Positions 43,455-58,864 of a stretch of 64,000 bases of DNA are shown piece after piece. Where the stretch lies: the NCBI GenBank assembly GCA_963814995.1, contig CAWFFF010000010.1:9960-73959 (forward strand), written 5' to 3'. The notes under the pieces are model-generated. The model searched no databases. It worked only from the letters and a program-made list of their open reading frames with translations, and had not been told where the DNA came from. A program made the translations under genes and the position numbers. The stretch is from an uncultured Actinomycetes bacterium. Lineage in GTDB: Bacteria; Actinomycetota; Acidimicrobiia; IMCC26256; PALSA-610. Position 1 is the stretch's first letter. Each line of letters opens with the position of its first letter.

Positions 43455-44112
43455 CTACTGCTCGTTCGTGACGTCGACCTCGGCTTCGACCTCGGCTTCG
43501 CCGTCGCCTTCGGGCTCCGTGCACCACGTTCGTCGAGAGCAACAGCCCGCGCTCGAGCGCTTCGACGACCGACGCCTCGGGCACGAAGTCGGCGAGCGCG
43601 GGAAGGTCGGCCAGCGAGTTGAGACCGAGTCGTTCGAGGAAGAGCCGCGACGTCGCGAACATCGACGGGTTGCCCGGCGACGGGTCGTGGCCGATCTCGT
43701 CGACGTAGCCGCGCGCGACGAGCGTCTTCAACGTCGCGTCGACGTTCACGCCGCGGATCGCGGAGAGCTGCGCCCGCGAGACCGGCTGCTTGTAAGCGAT
43801 GATCGCGAGCGTCTCGAGCGCGGGGCCCGACAGCCGCGCGGTCTGCCCGTCGAGCACGAACCGCTCGACGTACGCGTACGCGTCGGGATGCGTCTGGAAG
43901 CGGTAGCCGCCCGCCACCCGGGCGAGCTGGAAACCGCGGCCCTGGGCCTCGTACTCGGCCGCGAGCTGCGCGCACAGCTCGTCGATCGCCTCGACCGACA
44001 CCTCGAGCAGCTGCGCCATGACCGTGGGGTGCACCGGTTCGGTCGCCGCGAGCACGATCGCCTCGACCGCACGCCGGGTCTCGACGTCGACCGACAGCTC
44101 CGAATCGCTCAC
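43455..44112 (-). CDS. scpB: SMC-Scp complex subunit ScpB
   Basis: VAGGYRFQT, LETLAIIAYKQPVSR..IRGVN. Confidence 0.9.
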
Positions 44113-44998
44113 ACCTGCTCCTGCACTCGCACTCTCGGCGACACCGGCGTCGTCAGCATCGTCTTCTTCGACGTCGTCGCGATCCACGGCGACGCGATCC
44201 ACGGCGGCAACACGATCGTCGTCGCCCCACTCCTCGAGCGACGAGAGATCGAGCGCGACGCGTTCTCCGGCGGCGAGCGGTCGCACCATCAGGTCGCCGA
44301 AGCTCTCGACCTGTTCGAGATCGACGACACCCTGCTTGAACAACTCGAGCACCGCGAGGAAGCGCACGATGATCTCGAGCTTCTCGTGCACGCCGTACGT
44401 GAGGTCGCGGAACTGCATCGCGCCGCGCTCGGGCAGCAGCGCGAGCACCGTGTCGATGGCGTCGCGGACGCTCGCACGGATCGGCGCGATGTGCGTCGTC
44501 TGGACTTCCTCGACGACCTTCGGGGTCAGGCCGCGCCGCGCCGCGGCGAGAGAGCGCGTCGAGCGCAACCCGCTCGAGCGGGTCGGGCGCGAGCGAACGG
44601 AACGGCTCCTCGGGACCGGCGGTGCGCGCCACCGAGCGGCTCGCGCTCTGCAGCCGCTCGCTCATCACGTGGGCCGCGTCCTGGAAGGTCTTGCACTCGA
44701 GCAGACGGGCGAGCAGGAGGTCGCGCTCCTCGAAGCGCATCAGCTCCTCGTCGAGATCGACGTCCTCACGGCCGGGCAGCAGGCGACGGGCCTTCAACTC
44801 GACGAGCGTCGCCGCGATCAGCAGGAACTCGGTCGCGACGTCGAGATCGACGTGCTCCATGTTCTCGACCTCGACGCAGAACACGTCGACGATGTGCGCG
44901 AGCGAGATCTCCCAGAGGTCGACCTCTTCCTTCAGGATCAGGTGCAGGAGGAGGTCGAACGGGCCCTCGAACACCGGTGTCGAGACCGCATACGGCAC
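44109..44998 (-). CDS. scpA: Segregation/condensation protein ScpA; frameshift near 44550
   Basis: FEGPFDLLLHLI, EFLLIAATLVELKARRLLP, RFLAVLELFK. Confidence 0.9.
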
Positions 44999-45090
44999 GG
45001 GTGCAGATTACCCGCCCCGAATCACAGCGTTGTGGTACAGCGCAGCCACCAGGCGATATGTGTCGGAAATCGCCCGAGGGCGACCGGTAA

Positions 45091-46709
<1,619 letters not shown>

Positions 46710-46860
46710 ACCGGGCCGGCCGAGCCGAGGCCGGTGCGCCCGTCGATCGCCCGGTTGTCGGGACCATGGCCCGCGTACGGCTCACCGCCGATCCTCACGA
46801 AGTACGACGAGTCGGTGGGCTGGCGCACGTTTCGTGTATCGGCGCGTTTCCGGCCGGAGT

Positions 46861-47382
46861 TCAGCCCGGGCTCGGTTCTCCATCCGCCACGGCCAGCACC
46901 TCGCAGATCCCGGCGGGAATGCCGGAGCCGGGCCAGAGCGTCGCGCCGGTGGTGGACGGCGGCCCACGCCACGGCCTCGGGCCGGGCGCCGGCGGCGCGC
47001 AGCCGCTGCGCGCCGAGCTCGTCGTGGTTCACATACCGCCCGATTGCCCCCGGAATCGCCCGGGCCCGGCGCGGTCCCGCCCCGGTGGCGACGACCGTTG
47101 CCAGCGAACGCCGGATGACGCCGAAGGTCGTTTCCGCCTTCCCGACGTCGTGCAGGAGCGCGGCGGCAACCCACCGCGGCTCGACGGCATCGCCGAGGGT
47201 CTCGACCGCGGCGCGTGCCGGTGCGCGACCGATTCGGCCCGGTCGGCTCGGCCGAGTCGCTCCCAGCACGCCAGCTCGTCGGACCACAGCGCGTCGCGCA
47301 CGAACGCGAGGTCGGCGCCGGTGAGCGGCCGCGGCCGCAGCGACCCGGCGAACCGGCGCACCAGATGGGCGGGCCGGCTCAT
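46861..47382 (-). CDS. HD-domain-like protein; frameshift near 47225
   Basis: HLVRRFAGSL N-terminus, AALLHDVGK, YVNHDELGA..HH. Confidence 0.65.
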
Positions 47383-47389
47383 CGGAAGC

Positions 47390-48038
47390 TCATTGGAAGA
47401 CGAAGCGGTCGAGGCGGTCGAGGAACGGCTGGAACAGGTGCGTCAGGATGCCGTTGCGCCACACGAGGAAGAACAGCAGCAGGATCCCGTACGGCCGGAA
47501 CCGGTACCAGCCCGCCAACCACGCGCGCGGCAGCACGCGCTCCACCAGGGCGGCGCCGTCGAGCGGCGGGATCGGCAGGAAGTTGAAGAGCCCGAGGAAC
47601 ACGTTCACCTCGGCGAACAGATAGGGGACGAGCGACCCGCAGCGGCAGGTCCCGCAGGTACACGAACGAGCGCGCCGTGCGCGTCGAACTGGGTCCGGGC
47701 GATGACGGCGGCGACGATCGCGAGCACGAAGTTCGTCCCCGGGCCCGCGAGCGATACGAGCAACATGTCGCGCCGACCGCCGCGGAGTCTCGACGGATCG
47801 ACGGGCACGGGCTTCGCCCAACCGACCACGGGCACGTGCGTCAGCGCGCCGAGGACCGGCAGGAAGATCGAACCGAACGGGTCGACGTGCGGGATCGGGT
47901 TGAGCGTGAGTCGGCCCGCGTCGCTGCGCCGTGTGTGTCACCGAAGAGGAACGCGACCGCGCCGTGGCTGATCTCGTGCAGGATGATCGCGACGATCAGT
48001 CCGCCGAAGAAGATGACGGTGAGGCTGTCGACGTGCAC
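47390..48038 (-). CDS. Site-2 protease (M50 family); frameshifted
   Basis: LHEISHG (HExxH), GWAKPVPV, AGPGTN, FNFLPIPPLDG. Confidence 0.88.
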
Positions 48039-48050
48039 GGAAGACGGTCG

Positions 48051-48381
48051 TCAGCGGCGCTTGGATGCGCACGACATGCACAGTCGTGCCGCGGGCATCG
48101 CCTCGAGGCGGTCCTCGGCGATGTCGTCGCCGCACGACTCGCACTGTCCGTAGTTGTCGGCGTCGAGCTTGCGCAGCGCGTCGTCGATGTCGAGCAGGGT
48201 CTCCCGCAAGGAGCCGGCGAGTGCATCGACCTCGCCCCGCTCCGCCGTCACCTGGCCCGTATCGGCAAACCCCTCGTCGTAGGAGTCGCGATCGACGCCG
48301 AGGGCCCGCAGCTCGCCCCGGACCCGTTCGCGCTCCGCCGTCAACTGGGCGCGGCGCACTCGCGTGGGTCGTTTCGGCCAT
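48051..48381 (-). CDS. TraR/DksA C4-type zinc finger protein; frameshift near the 5' end
   Basis: IDDALRKLD..YGQCESCG..RLEAMPAARLCMSC. Confidence 0.85.
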
Positions 48382-48409
48382 GTCTCGATCCTACCTGGGC
48401 ACCCGGTTT

Positions 48410-49440
48410 TCAGCGGTCGGTTCTTGGTCCGCTCCCGCCGCCTTCGGTGGTCGTGTGCGCACGCGGGTGCGCGGCGTCGTAGGCCGTACGCAGGCGTTCG
48501 GGTGACACCTTCGTGTACACCTGGGTCGTCGAGATGCTGGCGTGGCCGAGCAGCTCCTGGACGACCCGGAGATCGGCGCCGTGGTCGAGCATGTGCGTGG
48601 CACAGGAATGCCGGAGCACGTGCGGCGACAGGCGGGATTCGAGTCCGGACCGTTCGCCGGCCCGGCGCACGATCGTCCAGCACGACTGCCGCGACAGCCG
48701 CCCACCCCGGGCGTTGAGCACGACCGCGTCGCCGTCGCGCGTCGAGCGGCGGGCGCGGGCGCTCCGGAGCGTCAGCCGGCCGTCGCGCAGGTAGGCCTCG
48801 ATCGCGACCCGCGCGCCGCGGCCAACCGGTACGACCCGCTCCTTCGAGCCCTTCCCGAACACCCGCAACGTGCCGTCGTCGAGGTCGAGGTCGGCGAGGT
48901 CGAGCCCGACCGCCTCGCTGATGCGGATGCCGGTGCCGTACAACAGCTCGAGCAGCGCGCGGTCGCGCTGGGCGAGCGGATCGTCGCCGGTGACCGCCTG
49001 CAGGAGCCGCTCGACCTCGTCCTCGTCGAGCGCCTTCGGGATCCCGGCCGGGACCGGCGGTGCACCGACCTCCTCGCTCGGGTCGCGATCGACGAAACCC
49101 TTCCCGCGCGCAGAAGCGGTGGAACGACCGCACGGCCACGACCGCGCGTGCAACCGACGACGCCGCGAGCACCCGCTTGCCGTCGTCGTCGACGAGGGTC
49201 TCGAGATGACGCACGTACGCGTGCACGACGTCCTCGCCGATACTCGCCGGGTCGGTCTCGCCCCGGGCCCGCAGGAACGCGGAATAGCGCCGGAGGTCGC
49301 GGCGGTACGCCGCGAGCGAGTTGATCGCCAAGCCCGCGTTCGACGACGAGCCAGTCGTCGTGCTCGGCCAACAGCTTGCCCAGCGCGTCGGGCTGAAGTT
49401 CGTTGGGCCGAAGTTCGTTGGGCCGAACCTCGTCAGTCAT
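48410..49440 (-). CDS. xerD: Site-specific tyrosine recombinase XerD; frameshifts near 49330 and 49100
   Basis: VERGL..NSLAAYRRDL, LLYGTGIRISE, GKGSKER, SPHVLRHSCATH, LLGHASISTTQVY; usual position downstream of pyrG. Confidence 0.9.
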
Positions 49441-49474
49441 CGTCTGCCCGCCGGGTTCCGCCGGGCCGACGCTG

Positions 49475-52087
<2,613 letters not shown>

Positions 52088-52091
<4 letters not shown>

Positions 52092-53029
52092 GACGGGATC
52101 TTCGGGAGAGCCTCGGTCGCGCCGTCGCCGTAGCCGTAGTGGCCGACGATCCCGTCCGCGATCTGCTCCAGCGAGATGATCGCGGTCACGTCGCCCTGCG
52201 GCAGCTCGACGTCGTCGAGGGTCGTCACCTGCTTCGCCAGCGACGGATCGCCGCGTACGGGGTCGAGCGCGGCCCCGCGCTTCGGCACCGACGACCCTCG
52301 GGCCTGCGCGTCGTACACCTCCCCGAGGACCGTCGGGACCTTGGTCGACAGCAACGCCTGCACGAGCTCGACCAGAGTGTCGGTCGCGGCGAGATCGCTG
52401 TCGGTCCCGGTGATCACCAGCACGCGCGCCGGGCCCTCGGGGAACGCCGCGAGGTCGGCCTTCTTCCCGTCGGTGAAGTCGAGGAACCCGGCCGAGCGCA
52501 GCGGCTCGACGATGTCGCGGGTACGGCGCGCGCCCGGCGCGGTCGGGTTCGCCAGACGTACGACCAGCGCGCGCAGCGCCGCGCTCCGGCTCGTCGCGAC
52601 GTTCCCGGTCACGCGCGCCGCGGTCTGCAGCGAGCGCAGGTCCTTCGCGTTGTCGAGCCGCCACTTGTCGTCGAGCCACAGCACTCCGGGAACGTTCGCA
52701 CCCGCGGCTCGCACCGAGCTCAACGCCGCGTTCACCGCGCTCGACGCGACACCCTTCTCCGCGATGATCGCCACCGACGACGCGGTGAGTCGCTGCTGCA
52801 CCGCGTAGGCCGACGATCGGCGCAGGAAGTCGTTGAGCTTCGAGACCTGGTCCTTCAGGTCGTTGTTGTCGCTCTTGATCTGGCTCGACTCGTGCGAGAC
52901 GTTGCTGATCTCACGGTCGAGGCGATCGACGATCACCTGGTCGACCACGGTCGAACCGACCAGGATGCCCAGGCCCATCGCGAGGAACACCGCGATGAGC
53001 GAGACGAGATGGAAGCGGAAGTTGATCAT
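52088..53029 (-). CDS. steB: DUF3186 / MctB / SteB family protein
   Basis: MINFRFHLVSLIAVFLAMGLGILVG N-terminus, coiled coil, GHYG C-terminus; downstream of steA. Confidence 0.8.
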
Positions 53030-53032
53030 CCG

Positions 53033-54208
53033 TCAGAACCAGCCGCGCACTCGCGACCACGCGTCGTCGAACATCAGGCGGAATCCGTCGAGGAACACGC
53101 GCAGCGAGTGCGAGGCGTACACCATCGCGACCATGGCGGCGACCGCGGCCACGACGAGCAACAGCATGTCGCGGGGCCGGACCCGGCCCTGGTACAGCCG
53201 GCTGACTCCCTTCGCGTCGACGAGTACGGGCCCGAGCCGCAGCCGGGTGAGGAACGTCGACGCCATCCCGCTCCGGCCCTTGTCGAGGAACTCGACCATC
53301 GTCGCGTGCGTCCCGACGGCCACGATCAGGTCGGCGCCCGCCTCGAACGCGAGCAGCATCGCCGCGTCCTCGCTCGTGCCCTCCGCGACGAACTGCTCGA
53401 ACTCGACCCCGGCGGCCTGGAGGCGCTCGACGCCGGGCGCGCGACCGTCGGGATGGACGTGGTGGACGAGCTCCGCGCCGCAATGCATCGCGACCGGAGA
53501 CAAGGAGTCGAAGTCGCCGATGATGATGTCGGGCCGGCGTCCGTCGTCGATCAGCGCGTCGGCGCCGCCGTCGACCGCGATCAACACGGGCCGGTACTCA
53601 CGGATGTACCCGCGCAGCGCGCGGAGATCGTGCTTGTAGTCGAGGCCGCGCACCACCACCAACGCGTGCCGGCCGCGGATCTTCGTCGCCAGCGCCGGGA
53701 GCACGAGCGGCTCGACCGTCTGCTCGGCCTCCCTGTCGATGTATTCGAGCGTGTTGCGGGCGAACGCGCGCAGCTCGGTGCCGATGCCCTGCCACGCGTC
53801 CTCCATACGTTGTTGGATCTCGTCCGGGGTGAGCAGCTCCCCCGCCGCCAGCTTCTCGCCGCCGCGCCAGAGGGCGGCGTCGCGGAGCTCGACGATCTCG
53901 CCGTCGTGGACGAGCTCCATCACCTCGGCACCCACCGCGTCGAGGAGCGGAACCCGCGCCGCGACCACACGTTCGGGGCCGCCGTTCGGGTACCGGCCCG
54001 AGATCGACTGTTCGGCGTTCACGATCGCGGCGACACCGGCCGACAGCAGGCTCTCGGCCGCGATGCGATCGAGATCGCGGTGGTCGATGACGGCGATCTC
54101 ACCTTTGCCGATCCGGGTGGCGAGGTCCTTCGTGCGGTGACCGACGCGGGCGACCCCCACGACGTGCGTCGAACGACCCCGGCGCGAGCGGCGCCGCCAC
54201 CGCGTCAC
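53033..54208 (-). CDS. steA: Putative cytokinetic ring protein SteA (thiamine pyrophosphokinase-like domain)
   Basis: SISGRYPNGG, AVDGGADA, IIGDFDS, EFLDKGRSGMASTFLTRL, LVDAKGVSRLY; downstream of recN. Confidence 0.88.
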   Translation of the reverse strand: MTRWRRRSRRGRSTHVVGVARVGHRTKDLATRIGKGEIAVIDHRDLDRIAAESLLSAGVAAIVNAEQSISGRYPNGGPERVVAARVPLLDAVGAEVMELVHDGEIVELRDAALWRGGEKLAAGELLTPDEIQQRMEDAWQGIGTELRAFARNTLEYIDREAEQTVEPLVLPALATKIRGRHALVVVRGLDYKHDLRALRGYIREYRPVLIAVDGGADALIDDGRRPDIIIGDFDSLSPVAMHCGAELVHHVHPDGRAPGVERLQAAGVEFEQFVAEGTSEDAAMLLAFEAGADLIVAVGTHATMVEFLDKGRSGMASTFLTRLRLGPVLVDAKGVSRLYQGRVRPRDMLLLVVAAVAAMVAMVYASHSLRVFLDGFRLMFDDAWSRVRGWF

Positions 54209-55851
54209 ACGCCGCCGCCGGTGCGGGCGGCCTGGCGTAACTCGCCCGATCGGTCGACGAGCTCACGGGCGTGCCGCCGGGCGTGGGCCGATCCGCCCAC
54301 GCCCGCGAGCATGCGCGAGATCTCGTTGACCCGGGCCTCGTCGAGCAGGAGCGACGCCCCCGCGACCGTGCGGCCCTCGACCTCGTCCTTGGCCACCAGC
54401 ACGTGCGAGTCGGCGAACGCGGCGACCTGCGGAAGGTGCGTGACGCACAGCACCTGATGGTGCCCGCCCAAGGTGGCGAGGGCGCGGCCGACCGCCGCGC
54501 CCGCCTCCCCGCCGATACCGGCGTCGACCTCGTCGAACACGAGCGTCGGCGGTGCCTCCGACAGCACGACCCGCAGCGCGAGCATCGTCCGCGAGAGCTC
54601 GCCGCCCGACGCGGCCTTGGCCAGGGCCCGGGCCGGCTCGCCCGGGTTCGGCGCCAGCAGGAAGGTGACGTCGTCGGCGCCGTCGTCGCCGATGCCCGCC
54701 GCGGTCTCATCGGCGTGCGACTCGATGTCGACGGTGAACGTCGCGGCGGGGAGCGCGAGCTCGCGCAGTCCCTCGGTCACGGCGCCGGCGAGACGGGGCG
54801 CGGCGGCGCGGCGGGCCTTCGAGAGCGCGCGGGCGGCCCGCACCACCTCGGCCCGCGCGTCGCGTTGGGCCGCGTCGAGGCGCGCGGCGCGCTCGTCGTG
54901 CTGTTCCAGCTCGGTGAGCCGGGCGCGGGTCTCGACCACGTACCCGACGACGTCGCCGAGCGCGGGCCCGTACTTGCGCTTCAGCTCGGCGAGCAGCGCG
55001 CGGCGATTCTGGACCGTCTGCAGCCGCTGCGGGTCGACGACGATCGACTCCGCCGTCGTGCGCACGTCGTGCGCGGCTTCCTGCATCTCGGCCTGCAGGA
55101 GCCGGAGCCGCTGCGCGAGACCGTCGAACGGCGCCCGCCCGTCGAGCGCGGCGACGGCCGCGCCGACGGCGTCCTCGCCCGCGCCTTCGAGCGCGGCGTA
55201 CGCGGCCGACAGCGCCTCGCGGTGTGCTTCGGCGTCGGCGAGCAATTCCGTCTCCTGCAGCAGGCGATGGTCCTCGTCCGCGTCGGCGATGCCGGCCGCG
55301 TCGATCTCGTCGACCTGGTAGCGCAACAGGTCGATCTCGCGGGCGCGGGCGCGCTCGTCGCCGCCGAGGGCCACGAGCTCCTGGGTCACGGCCCGTTCGG
55401 TCGCGCGCGCGTCGCGCAGCGCGGCGAGCGCGGAGGTTGCCTTGGGCCCCGCGAAGCGATCGAGCAGCGCGCGCTGCTCTGCGGGCGCGAGCAACGACTG
55501 GTGCGCGTGTTGGCCGTGGAGATCGACGAGCCGCCGACCGCATTCGGCCAGCTCGCCGACCGTGGCGAGCCGGCCGTTCACGTAGCCGCGCGAACGGCCG
55601 GTCGCGGGAATGACGCGCGCGAGCACGATCTCGTCGTCGCCGTCGTCGAAGCGACCCTCGACGCGGGCTTCCGTGACGCCTTCGCGCACCATCTGTGGTT
55701 CGGCGCGCCCGCCGCACAGGAGATCGAGCGCGTCGACGATGAGCGTCTTGCCCGCACCCGTCTCGCCGGTGATGACGGTGAGACCCGGCCCGAGCGTCAC
55801 GCGCAGCTCGGCGATGATCCCGAGGTTCTCGACGCGCAGCTCCGACAGCAC
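54205..55851 (-). CDS. recN: DNA repair protein RecN
   Basis: TGETGAGKT, LHGQHAHQ, ASGGELSR, FDEVDAG, VTHLPQVA. Confidence 0.96.
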   Translation of the reverse strand: MLSELRVENLGIIAELRVTLGPGLTVITGETGAGKTLIVDALDLLCGGRAEPQMVREGVTEARVEGRFDDGDDEIVLARVIPATGRSRGYVNGRLATVGELAECGRRLVDLHGQHAHQSLLAPAEQRALLDRFAGPKATSALAALRDARATERAVTQELVALGGDERARAREIDLLRYQVDEIDAAGIADADEDHRLLQETELLADAEAHREALSAAYAALEGAGEDAVGAAVAALDGRAPFDGLAQRLRLLQAEMQEAAHDVRTTAESIVVDPQRLQTVQNRRALLAELKRKYGPALGDVVGYVVETRARLTELEQHDERAARLDAAQRDARAEVVRAARALSKARRAAAPRLAGAVTEGLRELALPAATFTVDIESHADETAAGIGDDGADDVTFLLAPNPGEPARALAKAASGGELSRTMLALRVVLSEAPPTLVFDEVDAGIGGEAGAAVGRALATLGGHHQVLCVTHLPQVAAFADSHVLVAKDEVEGRTVAGASLLLDEARVNEISRMLAGVGGSAHARRHARELVDRSGELRQAARTGGGV

Positions 55852-55855
55852 GCCG

Positions 55856-56710
55856 CTACCGGTCCGGGAGGGAGAACTTGGTCTTGAGGATCTGGTGGAA
55901 GTCGCGCGGCCGCACGCTGACCAGCCGCAGCGGCTCGGGCGCGACGCGGCACCGGATGCGGTCGCCCGAGCACAGCTCGCCGAGCTCGCGGCCGTCGATC
56001 GTGAGCGCGACGTTGCGACCCTTGCTCACGTCGAACACGAGCTCCTCGTGCTCGGCGAGGACGAGGGAACGGTCGAACAACATGTGCGGCGAGATCGGCG
56101 TGAGCATGATGCAACGCAGGTCGGGCGACACGATCGGCCCGCCCGCGGAGAACGAGTACGCGGTGCTGCCGGTCGGCGTGGCGACGATGAGCCCGTCGGC
56201 CGCGTACGACGTGAACGCGGTCCCGTTGATCGACACGTCGAGGTACACGAGGTGGCCGGACCGCAGCTTCTCGACGACGGCTTCGTTGAGCGCGTACCAG
56301 GTGCCGCCCTTGCCTGCGCTCGACGTCACGTCGACGGCGAGCATCATGCGCTCCGACACCTCGAAGTCGCCGGCGAGGAGCTTCGGGAGCCACGCCTCGA
56401 ACTGCTCCGGCTCGAGCTCGCTCAGGTAGCCGAGCATGCCGACGTTGACCCCGAGCAGCGGCGCGGGCGACGGGTACACCAGCTGTACCGCGTACAGCAT
56501 CGTGCCGTCGCCGCCGAGCGAGACCGCGAGATCGAGCCCGTCCGCGAACCCTTCCGGGTCGGCGGCGTAGGCATCGAGTCCGGCGGCCGCGGCGAGATCG
56601 GCCGGCACCCGGACCTCCGCGCCGCGCTCCACGAGCCAGGCCGTGCTGCGCCGGGCCAGCTCGAGCGCGAGGGGCCGCTCGCGGTGCGGCACGAGCCCGA
56701 CGCGGGTCAC
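55856..56710 (-). CDS. ppnK: NAD kinase
   Basis: LGGDGTML, LNE, DGLIVATPTGSTAY. Confidence 0.95.
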   Translation of the reverse strand: MTRVGLVPHRERPLALELARRSTAWLVERGAEVRVPADLAAAAGLDAYAADPEGFADGLDLAVSLGGDGTMLYAVQLVYPSPAPLLGVNVGMLGYLSELEPEQFEAWLPKLLAGDFEVSERMMLAVDVTSSAGKGGTWYALNEAVVEKLRSGHLVYLDVSINGTAFTSYAADGLIVATPTGSTAYSFSAGGPIVSPDLRCIMLTPISPHMLFDRSLVLAEHEELVFDVSKGRNVALTIDGRELGELCSGDRIRCRVAPEPLRLVSVRPRDFHQILKTKFSLPDR

Positions 56711-57501
56711 GATGCCTCCCGGGCGCGGGCGACGACCTCGTCGATTTCGGCGGCGGTGACCGTCGCCGCGCCCCGCCGCGCGTGCACGAGGAACTCGATG
56801 TTGCCCTCGGCGCCGCGCAACGGCGAGGGCGTCACCGCGACGACGCCCAGGCCCGCGGTCTCCAGACCGTCGACGACTTCGCGCAACACCGCGGTGTGGA
56901 CCTGCGGATCGCGGACGATGCCGCGCCGGCCGACCCGGGCCCGGCCCGCCTCGTACTGCGGCTTGACCAGGAGGACGAAATCGGCGTCGCCGGTCGCGAG
57001 CCCGACGAGGTTGGGCGCGACGGTGCGCAACGAGATGAACGAGAGGTCGGCGACGCAGAGGTCGGGGCGCGGGTCGAGCGCCTCCGGCGCGAGCTCCCGG
57101 ATGTTGGTGCGCTCCATCACGGTCACGCGCTCGTCCTGGCGCAGCGCCCACGCGAGCTGCGAGCGGCCGACGTCGATCGCGTACACGTGGGCGGCGCCGC
57201 GCTGCAAAAGACAGTCGGTGAAGCCCCCGGTCGAGGCGCCGGCGTCGAGCGCCCGCCGTCCGTGCACGTCGACGCCGAACGCGTCGAGACCGGCCTCGAG
57301 CTTGCGTCCACCGCGCGACACGTACGCCGGCCCCTCGGCTGCGAGCAGCGCGATTGCCTCCCCGCCGTCGACCTGGCGGGCCGCGGTGGATGCGGGCGCG
57401 CCGCCGACCAGCACGCGGCCGGCGTCGATCGCTTCCGCCGCCCGGGTCCGACTGGGCACGAGGCCGCGCCGCACGAGCTCGACGTCGAGCCTCCGGCGCA
57501 C
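56707..57501 (-). CDS. tlyA: TlyA family rRNA methyltransferase
   Basis: RRRLDVELVRRG, YVSRGGRKL, DAGASTGGFT, DLSFISL, LVKPQYE. Confidence 0.94.
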   Translation of the reverse strand: MRRRLDVELVRRGLVPSRTRAAEAIDAGRVLVGGAPASTAARQVDGGEAIALLAAEGPAYVSRGGRKLEAGLDAFGVDVHGRRALDAGASTGGFTDCLLQRGAAHVYAIDVGRSQLAWALRQDERVTVMERTNIRELAPEALDPRPDLCVADLSFISLRTVAPNLVGLATGDADFVLLVKPQYEAGRARVGRRGIVRDPQVHTAVLREVVDGLETAGLGVVAVTPSPLRGAEGNIEFLVHARRGAATVTAAEIDEVVARAREAS

Positions 57502-57508
57502 GCGGTCG

Positions 57509-57958
57509 TCAGCCTGCCTTCGACGCCGGCTTCTTCGCCGCCGCCTTCTTGGTGGAGGCCTTCTTGGCTCCCGCCTTCTTCGCGGGCGCCTTCTTCTTGG
57601 CACCGGCCTTCTTCGCGGGCGCCTTCTTGGCGGGCGCCTTCTTCTTGGCACCAGCCGGGCCCACCACGCGCCGCTCGAGCGCCTTCAGGTCGGCCTTGGT
57701 CGCGAGCCCGAGCGCACCGAGCTGACGTTGCACCTCGTGCTGGACCACCTTACGCAGGTCGTCGCGACGGCGCCGGCTGATCTCGACCACCTCGTCGACC
57801 GCCGCGCTCACCTGGTCGCGGGCCAGGTGACCTTGCGCGACCAGGTCGTCCACAACGGCGCGGGCCTGCGACCGCCGCACCTCGGTGAACTCCATGCCCG
57901 TGGACAGCGCACGCTTCCAGTCCGGGCTCGGCGGGATCGTCGGGATCTTGGGCGGCAT
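57509..57958 (-). CDS. Phasin-like helical protein with histone H1-like (PAKK)n tail
   Basis: Helical N-domain ending LGLATKADLKALE, followed by AKKKAPAKKAPAKK repeats. Confidence 0.7.
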   Translation of the reverse strand: MPPKIPTIPPSPDWKRALSTGMEFTEVRRSQARAVVDDLVAQGHLARDQVSAAVDEVVEISRRRRDDLRKVVQHEVQRQLGALGLATKADLKALERRVVGPAGAKKKAPAKKAPAKKAGAKKKAPAKKAGAKKASTKKAAAKKPASKAG

Positions 57959-58096
57959 GGTCGGGCCTCTCCATGCGGGCACGCGGGCACGCGTTGCGGG
58001 ATGAGCCCAAAGCCTACGACCTGCGTGCGCCGCCGGGCCGCGAGGAGGCTCCGGGCCTCCGGTCCGGCGGCGCCCGAGCATCGGTAGGGTCGAATC

Positions 58097-58864
58097 GTGA
58101 TCCCGATCCGCGACGAGAATCCAACGGCGCGGCGGGCCGTCGTGACCATCTTGTTGATCGTGGTCAACGTCGCGATCTACTTCGGGATCCAGTTCCCCAA
58201 GCACGACGCGAACGCGGAGGCCCTGTTCGAGTACCGCTGGGCGGGCGTGCCCTGCGAGATCCACACGGGCAAGCCGGTGGTGGTCGTGCCCGAGGGCGTG
58301 ATCGCCCCGACCTCGTGCGCGATCACGGCCCGGGGAATCTCCGCCCCGCAACCGGCGTTCCCGCACAAGAACGTCTGGCTCGCGGTCTTCTTCTCGATGT
58401 TCCTCCACGGCTCGATCCTGCACGTGCTCGGGAACATGCTGTTCCTGTGGATCTTCGGCAACAACGTCGAGGACCAATTGGGGCCGTTCGGGTTCCTCGT
58501 GCTGTATCTCGTCGGGGGCATCGTCGCGTCGTTGGTGCACATCCTCGGCAGCCTCGACTCGACCTCGCCGTTCCTCGGCGCGTCGGGCGCGGTCGCGGTC
58601 GTGATGGGCGCCTACATCGTGTGGTTCCCGCGGGCGCGGGTACTCACGCTGGTGCCGATCGTGCTGATCTTCGTGCCGGTCCGGCTCCCGGCCGCGCTGG
58701 TGCTCGGGCTCTGGTTCGTGCTCCAGGTCTTCACGCAGTCGTCGAGCGGGATCGCCACGCTCGCCCACATCGGCGGCTTCGTGTTCGGCGTGCTGGTCGC
58801 GCTCGTGCTCGCGAGCGCGGGCGGGTTCCCCAGATCGCGACCCGACCCCAGACTCAGCTACTGA
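58097..58864 (+). CDS. Rhomboid family intramembrane serine protease
   Basis: MIPIRDENP, MFLHG..H..GNMLFL, GASGA, AHIGGF. Confidence 0.92.
   Translation: MIPIRDENPTARRAVVTILLIVVNVAIYFGIQFPKHDANAEALFEYRWAGVPCEIHTGKPVVVVPEGVIAPTSCAITARGISAPQPAFPHKNVWLAVFFSMFLHGSILHVLGNMLFLWIFGNNVEDQLGPFGFLVLYLVGGIVASLVHILGSLDSTSPFLGASGAVAVVMGAYIVWFPRARVLTLVPIVLIFVPVRLPAALVLGLWFVLQVFTQSSSGIATLAHIGGFVFGVLVALVLASAGGFPRSRPDPRLSY

Noticed and set aside
42229..44568. 779-aa ORF apparently fusing ScpA, ScpB, RluB and AroH
   Set aside because: Native stop and start signals lie at each junction in adjacent frames (e.g. GTGA at 44109-44112, TAA at 42702), so the fusion is best explained by indel errors.
36816..45090. 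Very long ORFs such as 36816..40073 (1085 aa) and 42412..45090 (892 aa)
   Set aside because: Apart from the ispH portion, these are antisense shadows of real genes, which are common in high-GC DNA.
48410..49440. xerD as the integrase of the tRNA-Pro array
   Set aside because: It has XerD features, lies in the usual chromosomal position and lacks an arm-binding N-terminal domain. I saw no dif-like site at the junctions.
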